The notes: a model not told the origin generated them from the letters alone. A DNA stretch of 36,221 nt from Pseudohongiellaceae bacterium (GCA_040902165.1 JBBDXV010000113.1:5743-41963), one strand, 5' to 3'. Shown: positions 16,955-25,739, counted from the stretch's first letter. Numbers and translations: made by a program.

Positions 16955-19900
16955 TCATCAACATTTTTCTGCAGCGCAGGAAGTCATAGACTGCAGTGTA
17001 ATAATCCCGACCCGGGATCAGGTAAAGTTACTTGAATCCTGCATAAACTCTATCCTTGCGAGCCAATACTCTGGTTCCCTGGAAATCATTGTTGTTGATA
17101 ACAACAGCAGCGAAGATGAAACCCTGTTGTATCTTGAGTCTTTTACTGAAGATCCTCGAATAAAAGTAGTAAGGTGGCCCCATCCATTTAATTTCTCCAG
17201 GCTCAACAATGAGGCAGCTCAGTTCGCCAAGGGTGAAGTACTTTGCTTTCTCAATAATGATATCGAAGTGATCAACAATAACTGGCTGGAAGAACTGGTT
17301 CCAATAGCGCGACGATACGATGTGGGAGCAGTGGGCACGATACTGCTTTATCCCGACGGAAGCATCCAACACGCTGGCATTGCCCTTGACAGTGAATGCG
17401 TGGCTAAACACGTCGGCGTTGGTGAGAGCAAGGATTTCCTGAAACACTATTCTGCGGCATCGCTTTGCAAGGTAGTTGCAGTGACCGCTGCATGCATGTT
17501 TACCAGGCGCGAACTCTTTCTCGTTTTTGGTGGTTTTAACGAATCCGATCTCCCGGTCTCATTTAACGACGTAGATTACTGCCTGCGCCTGGGTGCAGCG
17601 GGCTATCCTGTGTTCCTGAATTTTGACATAGCCCTGATTCATTACGAATCAGTGACGCGCAAGAGCGACGATCTGCCGCAAAACAGACCGCGTGCTCTGA
17701 AAGAAAAAAAATTTATGGATACCCGCTGGGCCACTGAATTAAAGGGCAAGCGATACCTGGCAGGTGTGCCGGATTCATTCAGATTTCCCGCACTGGATTC
17801 GAGTGCGCCCGAGTCTAGTTCTGTGCTGGAGAATTTTCTGCACGAACTGTCCGCAACCGAGGTACACAAATCTTCTCTCAGTTTCAATTCAGGCACTATT
17901 CTGCCTTCCAATATCGAATGGGAAAGAAAGTATCACCAACTCGAAATTCAATATCGGGTTCTGGAGGCACAGGCTCGCGAAAGCCAACAATTACTTAGCC
18001 AAATTGTGGATTCCAAATACTGGCGATACACCGGGTTTCTTCGCCTGCTGCTTCGAACTCTGACAAATTTCAAGCAGCGATGTGGCCGTTTTATCATGCG
18101 ATTCTCCCAGGGCAGACGACTTCTGATGCGGATTGGCAGGGTGCCCCGCGTCGAACCAGAAGCCCAGGTTGTCAAAATCGATGTCAAAACCGTTTATGAC
18201 GAACAGGCACGAACAGCATTGGACGCGTTCCTTGCCAGTGACGAAGTGCTTGAGTTTCGGGTCAGCGCAACTATAGACGTTTCTATAATTCTGGTTTTTT
18301 TTAACAAGGCGGAACTCAGCTATCTTTGTTTGAAATCCATACTGGCGCATGCGGGATCAAACTATGAAGTAGTAATCATCGACAACGCATCGACTGATGA
18401 ATCCGTGCTGCTTTGTAGTCGGATAAAGGGAGCAAGGATCTCGCGTAACAGTGAAAATGCGGGTTTCGTTCATGCGGTCAACCAGGCGGTACAATTGGCC
18501 ACAGGTGAAACATTGTTGTTGCTGAATAATGATGCGGTGCTGGAACCGGATTCCGTGGAGGCCGCCTTAAAAACCTTGAACAGTCGGGATGATGTCGGTG
18601 CGGTCGGCGGAATGATCAGGCTGCTGGACGGTAAATTGCAGGAGGCCGGCAGCATAATCTGGGACGATGGCAGCTGTGTCGGATATGGCCGTGGTAACGA
18701 CCCGGAACAACCTGAGTATATGTTTCAAAGGGAGGTCGATTATTGTTCCGGCGCCTTTCTGATGTTTAACCGTGAGCTTTTTGCAAAAATGGGCGGGTTC
18801 GATGAGGCTTTTGCTCCTGCATACTACGAGGAATCCGATTTTTGTATCCGCCTGAAGAAACAGGGATATAAGGTGATCTATGAGCCCCGAGCCAGGATTA
18901 CTCACTATGAATTTGCGAGCTCGGGTGGATTTTCTAACGCCGCGAAACTGCAGGCAGCACATAGGCTGGTGTTGAGAGAGAAGCATTCAGATTATCTTGC
19001 GCAAAAGTATTCTAACCTTGCTGAGAACTATAATCGCGCGAGAACTGCAAACCGAAATCCTAATGTCCTTTTCATTGATGATCGTGTGCCACACGCAAGC
19101 CTGGGGGCTGGATATCCACGCTGCCTGGATTTGCTGCGCGAACTGGCAAGTTGCAAGCTTAATGTAACGTTTTATCCACTGTTGTTTCCTGAGGAACAAT
19201 GGGATAGCACGTACTCGGTTATTCCACAGAATATTGAAGTTATACTTCACTGCGGGAAACAGGGATTGCTTGATTTTCTACAGCGAAGAGCCGGTTTTTT
19301 TGACTACATAATCGTCAGTCGGGCGCCGAATATGGATTTTCTGGGTCAGTTGATTGCTGCCAGAACTGATCTGATAAATCGAAGTCTCATTGTGTATGAC
19401 GCGGAAGCGGTTACTGCAACGCGGGATATACTGCGTTCGGAGATTCAAGGAACTCCACTGTCAGAAGACAAAAAGACCTCGCTTCTGAAACAGGAGCTCG
19501 ATCTTGCACGATATGCGCAAAAGATAATTACGGTATCACCGCTTGAGTCAATGATCTTCAGGAATGCCGGATATAAAAACGTCATTGAAATCGGACATCG
19601 CGTGGACGTGACACCGAGCAAGGCAGCCTTTGGTGATAGAGTTGACTTGTTATTTGTTGGAGCTCTGCGGGATGACACCTCACCGAACGTGGATTCTCTT
19701 CTTTGGTTTACACAAAAAGTCCTGCCCCTGATAAACAACAAACTGAAAGAGCCTGTCAGACTGATAGTTGCAGGGGACAATATCGCACCTCAATTGAAGA
19801 TCATTGATCGAACCTTTGTGAAGTTCATTGGACGAATAGATGATATCGCGCAGCTATACAATCATTGCCGTGTGTTTGTTGCCCCAACTCGATTTGCAGC

Positions 19901-20189
19901 AGGAATTCCGCGCAAGATTCATGATGCTGCAGCCTACGGTTTGCCCTCCGTATCCACTCCCCTGTTGGCAAGACAGCTTGGCTGGAAAAACCAGAAACAA
20001 CTGATCGTGGCCGATACCGCTGAGGAATTTGCCGCAGCATGTTGCCGACTGTATGAGGATGAAGCTCTGTGGAACCAGATCAGGGCTGCGGGTTTGGAGT
20101 CAGTAAGTGCCGATTGCTCACCGGCTACTTTTTCGCGCGGCGTTTCTTCTGTATTCGAAAAATCTACGGAAATCGTTACAAAAGCCTGA
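16944..20189 (+). CDS. Large multidomain glycosyltransferase: GT2, coiled-coil linker, GT2, GT-B (GT1/GT4-like)
   Basis: GT2-a (about 16992-17660) reads CSVIIPTRDQ...EIIVVDNNSSEDET...CFLNNDIEV...AACMFTRRELF...NDVDYCLRL. The linker (about 17913-18035) has the coiled coil KYHQLEIQYRVLEAQARESQQLL followed by SKYWRYTGFLRLL. GT2-b (about 18276-18920) reads VSIILVFFNKAE...VVIIDNASTDES...LLLNNDAVLE...DYCSGAFLMFNRELF...EESDFCIRL. The GT-B domain (about 19062-20150) reads LLFVGAL...RLIVAG...VKFIGRIDD...RVFVAPTRFAAGIPRKIHDAAAYGLPSVST. I chose the ATG at 16944; the track's start at 16923 is a TTG. Confidence 0.85.
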   Translation: MKTDHQHFSAAQEVIDCSVIIPTRDQVKLLESCINSILASQYSGSLEIIVVDNNSSEDETLLYLESFTEDPRIKVVRWPHPFNFSRLNNEAAQFAKGEVLCFLNNDIEVINNNWLEELVPIARRYDVGAVGTILLYPDGSIQHAGIALDSECVAKHVGVGESKDFLKHYSAASLCKVVAVTAACMFTRRELFLVFGGFNESDLPVSFNDVDYCLRLGAAGYPVFLNFDIALIHYESVTRKSDDLPQNRPRALKEKKFMDTRWATELKGKRYLAGVPDSFRFPALDSSAPESSSVLENFLHELSATEVHKSSLSFNSGTILPSNIEWERKYHQLEIQYRVLEAQARESQQLLSQIVDSKYWRYTGFLRLLLRTLTNFKQRCGRFIMRFSQGRRLLMRIGRVPRVEPEAQVVKIDVKTVYDEQARTALDAFLASDEVLEFRVSATIDVSIILVFFNKAELSYLCLKSILAHAGSNYEVVIIDNASTDESVLLCSRIKGARISRNSENAGFVHAVNQAVQLATGETLLLLNNDAVLEPDSVEAALKTLNSRDDVGAVGGMIRLLDGKLQEAGSIIWDDGSCVGYGRGNDPEQPEYMFQREVDYCSGAFLMFNRELFAKMGGFDEAFAPAYYEESDFCIRLKKQGYKVIYEPRARITHYEFASSGGFSNAAKLQAAHRLVLREKHSDYLAQKYSNLAENYNRARTANRNPNVLFIDDRVPHASLGAGYPRCLDLLRELASCKLNVTFYPLLFPEEQWDSTYSVIPQNIEVILHCGKQGLLDFLQRRAGFFDYIIVSRAPNMDFLGQLIAARTDLINRSLIVYDAEAVTATRDILRSEIQGTPLSEDKKTSLLKQELDLARYAQKIITVSPLESMIFRNAGYKNVIEIGHRVDVTPSKAAFGDRVDLLFVGALRDDTSPNVDSLLWFTQKVLPLINNKLKEPVRLIVAGDNIAPQLKIIDRTFVKFIGRIDDIAQLYNHCRVFVAPTRFAAGIPRKIHDAAAYGLPSVSTPLLARQLGWKNQKQLIVADTAEEFAAACCRLYEDEALWNQIRAAGLESVSADCSPATFSRGVSSVFEKSTEIVTKA

Positions 20190-21117
20190 CGAATCTGAAA
20201 ATAATTTTCTGCAGAACCGGCGGCAACTTTCTCATGGTGCCCGTGGTTCCGCAAAGCAACTTTTGCCTGAAACCCATTTTCTCGCTGTATCGCAATTTAA
20301 ATTGGATCGATTGTAGTCCCACATCCCGTAATAGTGCCTCAGAATCCCTATTGAAAACCCGCTTGATCAATTTTTTTGAAAATAACCTGGCTGGCTTGAT
20401 CGGTACTGCTCCAAGTAAATTGCCGCTGTGTTGCCGATAGTTAACCGTTGCCTGATTCACGAATAAAATTTCCCCGGAAATGCTTGCGACCAGCGCCAGC
20501 CACCAGTCATGCATGACGGCTGATTCGGGAACAGGAATCGCTTTATTTGCCAGAGACTCATTTATCAGGACTGTACAACCGGTAACGCTGTTCTCAACGA
20601 GTCTACGACCGAAATTCCTGCTTTGTGGTCTGAGATGCTGATATGCCGCCAGCGATGAGGATATGATTTTGAGCTGTTCATCGACGACACGCAGATCAGT
20701 GTGAACCAACACAGGTTGACTGGGGTCAGAGTGCTTCGATAACAGCGCTTCTATCGTTATTTCAAGCTTCTTCGGATCCCAGACATCATCCTGGTCACAG
20801 AACGCAATATACGCAAATCCAATGATTCCAAGCTCAGTCTTGTTTGCCAGCACATATTCGACAAGCCTTCCGAAACTCTGGCTCGGCCCAAGGTTTTTAC
20901 CAAAGCCATTGACCATTCTTATGCGGTCAGGGTTATCAACAAGATAGTGATCAATTATCTGTAAGGTATTATCTGTCGAACCGTCGTCCCGTATGACAAT
21001 AACGTAGTTCTGAAAAGTCTGCTTCAAAACCGAATCAAGCTGCCGTTCAAGAAATTTTCCGCCATTGTATGTGGATAGCAGGATGGCAACTTTGAAATTG
21101 TCCGGAATCACTTTCAA
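20176..21117 (-). CDS. Family-2 glycosyltransferase
   Basis: 313 aa. VAILLSTYNGGKFLERQLDSVLKQTFQNYVIVIRDDGSTDNT...FCDQDDVW is the classic GT-A N-terminal half with a DxD motif. There is a 4-nt start/stop overlap with the upstream GT2 gene. Confidence 0.85.
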   Translation of the reverse strand: MKVIPDNFKVAILLSTYNGGKFLERQLDSVLKQTFQNYVIVIRDDGSTDNTLQIIDHYLVDNPDRIRMVNGFGKNLGPSQSFGRLVEYVLANKTELGIIGFAYIAFCDQDDVWDPKKLEITIEALLSKHSDPSQPVLVHTDLRVVDEQLKIISSSLAAYQHLRPQSRNFGRRLVENSVTGCTVLINESLANKAIPVPESAVMHDWWLALVASISGEILFVNQATVNYRQHSGNLLGAVPIKPARLFSKKLIKRVFNRDSEALLRDVGLQSIQFKLRYSEKMGFRQKLLCGTTGTMRKLPPVLQKIIFRFVRLL

Positions 21118-22022
21118 CCCAGGGTTTTTGCATCGCGTATACCGGCAGAAATATTGCGCCAGTATTGCTTGCGTTGACCTGAAGAGACAAGCAACCAGCT
21201 TGCCTTGACAAAAAACCTGATGCAGTCCCGAACTTTCCAGCCCAGCGGTGAATAAGGAACACTGTAAAGGTGGACACGGTTCCGGCTTGAATAGTAGATG
21301 CGTGAAGGGTTGTGCAGCGCCATCACCCCTGATCTTACCAGCGGATTGGTGCTACGCTCACCGATGGCGTGATAAAGCACAGCCTGATCTGTTCCTGCCA
21401 GCTCAAAGCCCTTCGCCTTGGCACGAAAACACCATTCCATATCCACATTGTCGATGAAGTAACTGGATTTCATCATGCCTGTTTTGGGTAAAACATGAAG
21501 GGGTATCAAGGTACCTGAGGTAATCAGAAAATCGGCTTCAAAATGCAATCGCGTGTTCATGAAGTGGCGATCGGTGCGCCACATCAGCCGGTTAAACAGT
21601 TTGAATCTGGTTTGCTTGCGAGTCTGGGGATTAATGATCCGCGGGCCCAGCGCTGCCACAGGTTTGGCAGAAAGCTTTGCGATATCATCATAGGCAGTGA
21701 GCATACGATTCACATAAAGATCACAGAGACTGCTGTCCTGGTCGAACAGAAACGCAAACCGGTAGGATTGTTCGACAGCATATTCAAGCCCGATGTTCAG
21801 CGCCTGGGCCAAACCGACATTTTCCGGCAGGCGAACCAGATTGACGCAGCGTCGATAGACTTTTATTGACTCGGTGAATTGCCCGATTTTTTGCGAGCCG
21901 TTGTCAATGACTACAAAGTCCGTTTCCTTGTTCAGCTGACCCAGTAACTTCAGCAGGCTGGTAATGTCCGGGTTGAAGGTGACAATTACCGCACAACTGG
22001 CTTTTTCGTTTGTGTTATCCAT
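21114..22022 (-). CDS. Family-2 glycosyltransferase, rhamnosyltransferase (WbbL/RfbF)-like subgroup
   Basis: 302 aa. AVIVTFNPD...FVVIDNGS...LPENVGLAQALNIGLEY...FLFDQDS follows the pattern of the WbbL-type GT2 subgroup. The sugar specificity cannot be read from the sequence. Confidence 0.8.
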   Translation of the reverse strand: MDNTNEKASCAVIVTFNPDITSLLKLLGQLNKETDFVVIDNGSQKIGQFTESIKVYRRCVNLVRLPENVGLAQALNIGLEYAVEQSYRFAFLFDQDSSLCDLYVNRMLTAYDDIAKLSAKPVAALGPRIINPQTRKQTRFKLFNRLMWRTDRHFMNTRLHFEADFLITSGTLIPLHVLPKTGMMKSSYFIDNVDMEWCFRAKAKGFELAGTDQAVLYHAIGERSTNPLVRSGVMALHNPSRIYYSSRNRVHLYSVPYSPLGWKVRDCIRFFVKASWLLVSSGQRKQYWRNISAGIRDAKTLG

Positions 22023-22043
22023 GGACTGACCCGGTCTGCCGTT

Positions 22044-22601
22044 TCATTCGCTATTGGTTTCAATGGATGAACTATTTTCTGCAGGCACTTCAGCCGACAG
22101 TGTCATGCGTTCCGGCGCGGTTACCGATTGCACCAGAAAATAGACTATCGAACATACACCAAGGAACAAACCGGTAACTACGCCAGCATCCACGATTCCA
22201 CGCCAGGGTTGGGGCAACAGTCTCACTATTGTGACCAGGACGACTATCATCAAGGTCAACGAGTAGGACAGCACCAGGCGCCGTCGCGTTGCATATAGAA
22301 ATCCCATGCAGAAGAACGGCGCCAGAAGCACATGCAGTAGGCGAGGATGGTTCCTGAGGTAAGTGGCACGAATTACAACTCGCGGCGCAAAACCCTTGTG
22401 AAACCCCTGGTAACCTTCAGCATAAGCCATATAGACAATGCTGAATAACAAGGCCAGCCAGTGCCAGCCATTAAGATAGAGTTCCGACAGATCCATGGCC
22501 ATTGGCAACAGTCGGTAGACAGCAAACAACAGCAAGGCGATAACTCCGCCGATGCCCCAGGTAAAGCCGATTAAATGCACAATCTCACCCATAGGAAACA
22601 A
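22044..22601 (-). CDS. Hypothetical polytopic inner-membrane protein (about 5 TM segments); no family recognised
   Basis: 185-aa ORF with five clear hydrophobic stretches separated by basic or aromatic loops (for example YAEGYQGFHKGFAPR, ATRRR, LPQPWRG). It lies 21 nt upstream of the GT2 pair on the same strand and diverges from gshB. Coding status is supported only by ORF length, hydrophobic periodicity and operon context. Confidence 0.6.
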   Translation of the reverse strand: MFPMGEIVHLIGFTWGIGGVIALLLFAVYRLLPMAMDLSELYLNGWHWLALLFSIVYMAYAEGYQGFHKGFAPRVVIRATYLRNHPRLLHVLLAPFFCMGFLYATRRRLVLSYSLTLMIVVLVTIVRLLPQPWRGIVDAGVVTGLFLGVCSIVYFLVQSVTAPERMTLSAEVPAENSSSIETNSE

Positions 22602-22765
22602 TGCGCCGTATTATAGCGACTTGAAGGAAATTACCAAAAAATCAATAACTTTCCCGCCTTTATACCTTGCCAATGACAAATTAGGCTATTATTCCGCCAC
22701 TCTGTGCAGATTATTGTCCCGGTATCCGGGAAAGACATGACAAGGGCAACTGACAAACGAAAAGT

Positions 22766-23725
22766 ATGAGCATCAAATTGGGGATCGTGATGGATCCGAT
22801 AGAATCCATCAATTACAAAAAGGACACCAGCCTGGCAATGCTGTGGGCGGCACGGGACCGGGGCTGGTCACTCTATTATATGTTGCAGACTGATCTGTAC
22901 ATGGAAGGCGGCATCAGCAAAGCCATTACACGCGAACTGAAAGTACATAATGATGCCGCCAGATGGTTTTCTTTCGGCGCGACCGTAGACATGCCGCTGG
23001 CGGAACTGGACGTGATCCTGATGCGCAAGGATCCGCCATTCGATACCCCTTACATTTACTCAACGTATCTGCTGGATCAGGCCAGGGTGGCAGGCACTTT
23101 GGTGGTAAACAATCCGCAGAGTCTCAGAGACTGTAATGAGAAACTTTTTGCCGCCCAGTTTCCGCAATGCTGCCCGCCTTTCATGGTTGCCTGTTCAGCT
23201 GCCAAGCTAAAGGAGTTTCACCGACAGCACGAGGATGTGATATTCAAACCGCTGGACGGCATGGGTGGTACCTCCATTTTCCGACTCAGAAAGGATGATC
23301 CGAACGTCAGTGTCATCATTGAAGTTATCACCAGGGGTGGCAGCAACCAGATTATGGCGCAGAAATACATCCCGGAGATCGTCAAGGGTGACAAGCGCAT
23401 TCTGTTGATTGACGGCAAGCCGGTCCCTTATGCGCTTGCCCGTGTCCCGGCAGTCGGGGAAACCCGCGGTAATCTGGCAGCCGGCGGCAGCGGCGTGGCC
23501 CAGGAACTCAGCGACCGCGATCGCTGGATTTGTGAACAGGTCGGCCCGATCGTCAGAGAAAAAGGTTTAGTCTTTGTCGGTCTGGACGTTATTGGTGATT
23601 ATCTGACAGAAATCAATGTCACCAGCCCAACCTGTGTAAGGGAAATCAATGCCGCCTATAATCTGGATATCGCCGGTGAACTGATGGATTGTATCGAGAT
23701 GAAACTGTCCTCAGTCGACAGGTAA
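22766..23725 (+). CDS. gshB: Glutathione synthetase
   Basis: 319 aa. It has the KLGIVMDPIESINYKKDTSLAML N-terminus, then RKDPPFD and the ATP-grasp blocks KPLDGMGG, GDKRILLIDG and NLAAGG...EINVTSPT. Confidence 0.95.
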   Translation: MSIKLGIVMDPIESINYKKDTSLAMLWAARDRGWSLYYMLQTDLYMEGGISKAITRELKVHNDAARWFSFGATVDMPLAELDVILMRKDPPFDTPYIYSTYLLDQARVAGTLVVNNPQSLRDCNEKLFAAQFPQCCPPFMVACSAAKLKEFHRQHEDVIFKPLDGMGGTSIFRLRKDDPNVSVIIEVITRGGSNQIMAQKYIPEIVKGDKRILLIDGKPVPYALARVPAVGETRGNLAAGGSGVAQELSDRDRWICEQVGPIVREKGLVFVGLDVIGDYLTEINVTSPTCVREINAAYNLDIAGELMDCIEMKLSSVDR

Positions 23726-23729
23726 AGCC

Positions 23730-24611
23730 ATGGTACAAGCTGACACCGAATTGAGTAATGAACGGTTTGGTTTCACAGTGTTCCTGTCCGCCTGTGTCCA
23801 TGCCATCGTGATCCTGGGTATCGGATTCAGTTATCTTGAAGACATGACCAGCAACCCCACACTGGAAATAACGCTGGCGCAGTATCGCAGCGACGAACTT
23901 CCGGAAGAGGCGGATTTCCTGGCACAGGAAAATCAGATCGGCAGCGGAATACTTGAAGATCGAGCTGCACCCAGCACACCTGTCGAATCGGAGTTGCATG
24001 ATGATCGGATTCGTGAAGTCACGCCGGAACCCAGTGCCCGGGTTTTCAACCATATTGATACGCAGGATCTCGCCGTACTGACATCGCTCCGCTCCGAGCA
24101 GGAGTTGCGCCAACAGATTGAAGAGATAATTCCGGAGGAAAACCATCCCGTTTCTGATCAGGCGACGCCCGATGAGCTGAGCGTGGCAATTGCCAGTCTG
24201 CAGGCACAACTTGATTTGCAGAAGCAGGCTTATGCCAAACGCCCCCGACGTTATACGATTTCGTCGGCGTCAACCCAGAAGAGTCACGACGCGCTGTATC
24301 TGGACAGCTGGCGCAAGCGCATCGAATCAGTCGGCAATCTCAACTACCCCATTCTTGCAAGGCAGCAACAGATATACGGCAACCTGCGGATGCTGGTTGC
24401 CATCTTGCCGGACGGGACAGTGGATGAAGTTCGAATTCTGCGTTCGTCAAACAACAGCGTGCTGGATGAAGCTGCGATGAATATAGTAAGACTTGCGGCA
24501 CCATTCGAACCGTTTCCCGCGGAACTGAGAGGCCAGATAGATATTCTTGAAATCATCCGAACCTGGCGCTTTCATGAGGGAAATAATGGATCGGCTTTTA
24601 CCAGTGACTGA
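23730..24611 (+). CDS. TonB-family energy-transducer protein (N-terminal TM anchor, acidic/Pro-containing linker, TonB_C domain)
   Basis: The N-terminal anchor is FTVFLSACVHAIVILGIGF. The C-terminal NYPILARQQQIYGNLRMLVAILPDGTVDEVRILRSSNNSVLDEAAMNIVR...PFEPFP is the TonB C-terminal fold pattern. The position directly after gshB matches tonB3 in Pseudomonas aeruginosa. Confidence 0.8.
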   Translation: MVQADTELSNERFGFTVFLSACVHAIVILGIGFSYLEDMTSNPTLEITLAQYRSDELPEEADFLAQENQIGSGILEDRAAPSTPVESELHDDRIREVTPEPSARVFNHIDTQDLAVLTSLRSEQELRQQIEEIIPEENHPVSDQATPDELSVAIASLQAQLDLQKQAYAKRPRRYTISSASTQKSHDALYLDSWRKRIESVGNLNYPILARQQQIYGNLRMLVAILPDGTVDEVRILRSSNNSVLDEAAMNIVRLAAPFEPFPAELRGQIDILEIIRTWRFHEGNNGSAFTSD

Positions 24612-24635
24612 TCAATTTCAGCAAAAGTGTAGAGC

Positions 24636-25214
24636 ATGAATGCGACAGGGTTTCCAAATTCGCTTGAGGATCAGTTTCTGATCGCCATGCCGCAATTGCA
24701 GGACCGCTGGTTCTCCGGCTCAGTGACCTATATCTGGAAACACACTGAGGAAGGGGCATTGGGAATTGTGGTCAACAAACCGATGAAGGTCAGTGTTGCA
24801 GATATTTTCAAGGAACTGGAAATAGTATGCAGCGTGGACGAGGATCAGTTCAAAACCCAGAAAGTGTTGGCCGGAGGTCCTGTAGAAAGAGACAAGGGAT
24901 TTATCATTCATGATTCTGCAATGAGCTGGGATTCTTCCGTCCGTCTCTCGCCAGAGATAAGTATCTGCACGTCGAAGCAGATTCTTCAGGACATAGCAGA
25001 TGGCAAGGGTCCTGAAAACTATCTGGTCGTGTTGGGCTGCGCGGGATGGGATGCGGGCCAGCTTGAACATGAGATCCTTGAAAATGCCTGGCTCACCACA
25101 CCAGCCGATTCGGCACTGGTTTATTCCCGTGATTTTGCCAATAAACCGGCCTCTGCAGCAGCACTGCTGGGAATAGACCTGACACAATTGTCTCCCGCGG
25201 CCGGACATTCCTGA
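24636..25214 (+). CDS. yqgE: YqgE/AlgH-family protein (UPF0301)
   Basis: 192 aa. FLIAMPQLQDRWFSGSVTYIWKHTEEGALGIVVNKP is the family's N-terminal signature, and the conserved yqgE-yqgF pairing is present. Confidence 0.85.
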   Translation: MNATGFPNSLEDQFLIAMPQLQDRWFSGSVTYIWKHTEEGALGIVVNKPMKVSVADIFKELEIVCSVDEDQFKTQKVLAGGPVERDKGFIIHDSAMSWDSSVRLSPEISICTSKQILQDIADGKGPENYLVVLGCAGWDAGQLEHEILENAWLTTPADSALVYSRDFANKPASAAALLGIDLTQLSPAAGHS

Positions 25215-25243
25215 AGTCTCAATATAGAGGGACAAGCAATCTC

Positions 25244-25693
25244 ATGACCTTGCCCGATTTCCCCAGGGAGTTTACTGCAACGTTTGGAGCGCTGGCTTTT
25301 GACTTTGGCACTCAGCGTATAGGACTTGCCCATGGTCAGAACGTCACCGGTACTGCACAACCGTTACAGGTGATAGCCGCGAACGATGGAGTGCCGAACT
25401 GGAATGAGGTTGAAGCGGTAATTAAGAAATGGCAACCGACACTTCTCGTAGTTGGTTTGCCCTATAACATGGATGGTACCCGAAGCGCCTTGTGTGACCG
25501 GGCTGAAAAGTTTGCCCGCCGCCTGCAGGGCAGATTCAATCTGCCTTGCTATGGTATCGACGAGCGACTGAGCTCGGCAGCTGCGGAGGAACTCAGAAAT
25601 CCGGAAAACAAAAATGTCTCCAAAGACAGTCTGGCAGCGCAGGTAATTCTGGAGACCTGGTTTAATGAACTGAAATCAAGAAGCCGGAACTAG
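25244..25693 (+). CDS. ruvX: Holliday-junction-resolvase-like nuclease YqgF/RuvX (pre-16S rRNA nuclease)
   Basis: 149 aa. LAFDFGTQRIGLA (catalytic Asp), LLVVGLPYNMDGT and DERLSS are YqgF-family blocks. Confidence 0.9.
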   Translation: MTLPDFPREFTATFGALAFDFGTQRIGLAHGQNVTGTAQPLQVIAANDGVPNWNEVEAVIKKWQPTLLVVGLPYNMDGTRSALCDRAEKFARRLQGRFNLPCYGIDERLSSAAAEELRNPENKNVSKDSLAAQVILETWFNELKSRSRN

Positions 25694-25739
25694 AAACCAT
25701 CTGATCAGTTATATGGCCGCTCTGGCCTCCGGAAGTTTC

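Noticed and set aside
15683-22601. I considered whether the GT island is a classical mobile genomic island, prophage or ICE.
   Set aside because: I found no integrase, transposase, tRNA target, phage gene or obvious flanking direct repeat. Only the composition shift and the broken synteny argue for horizontal origin.
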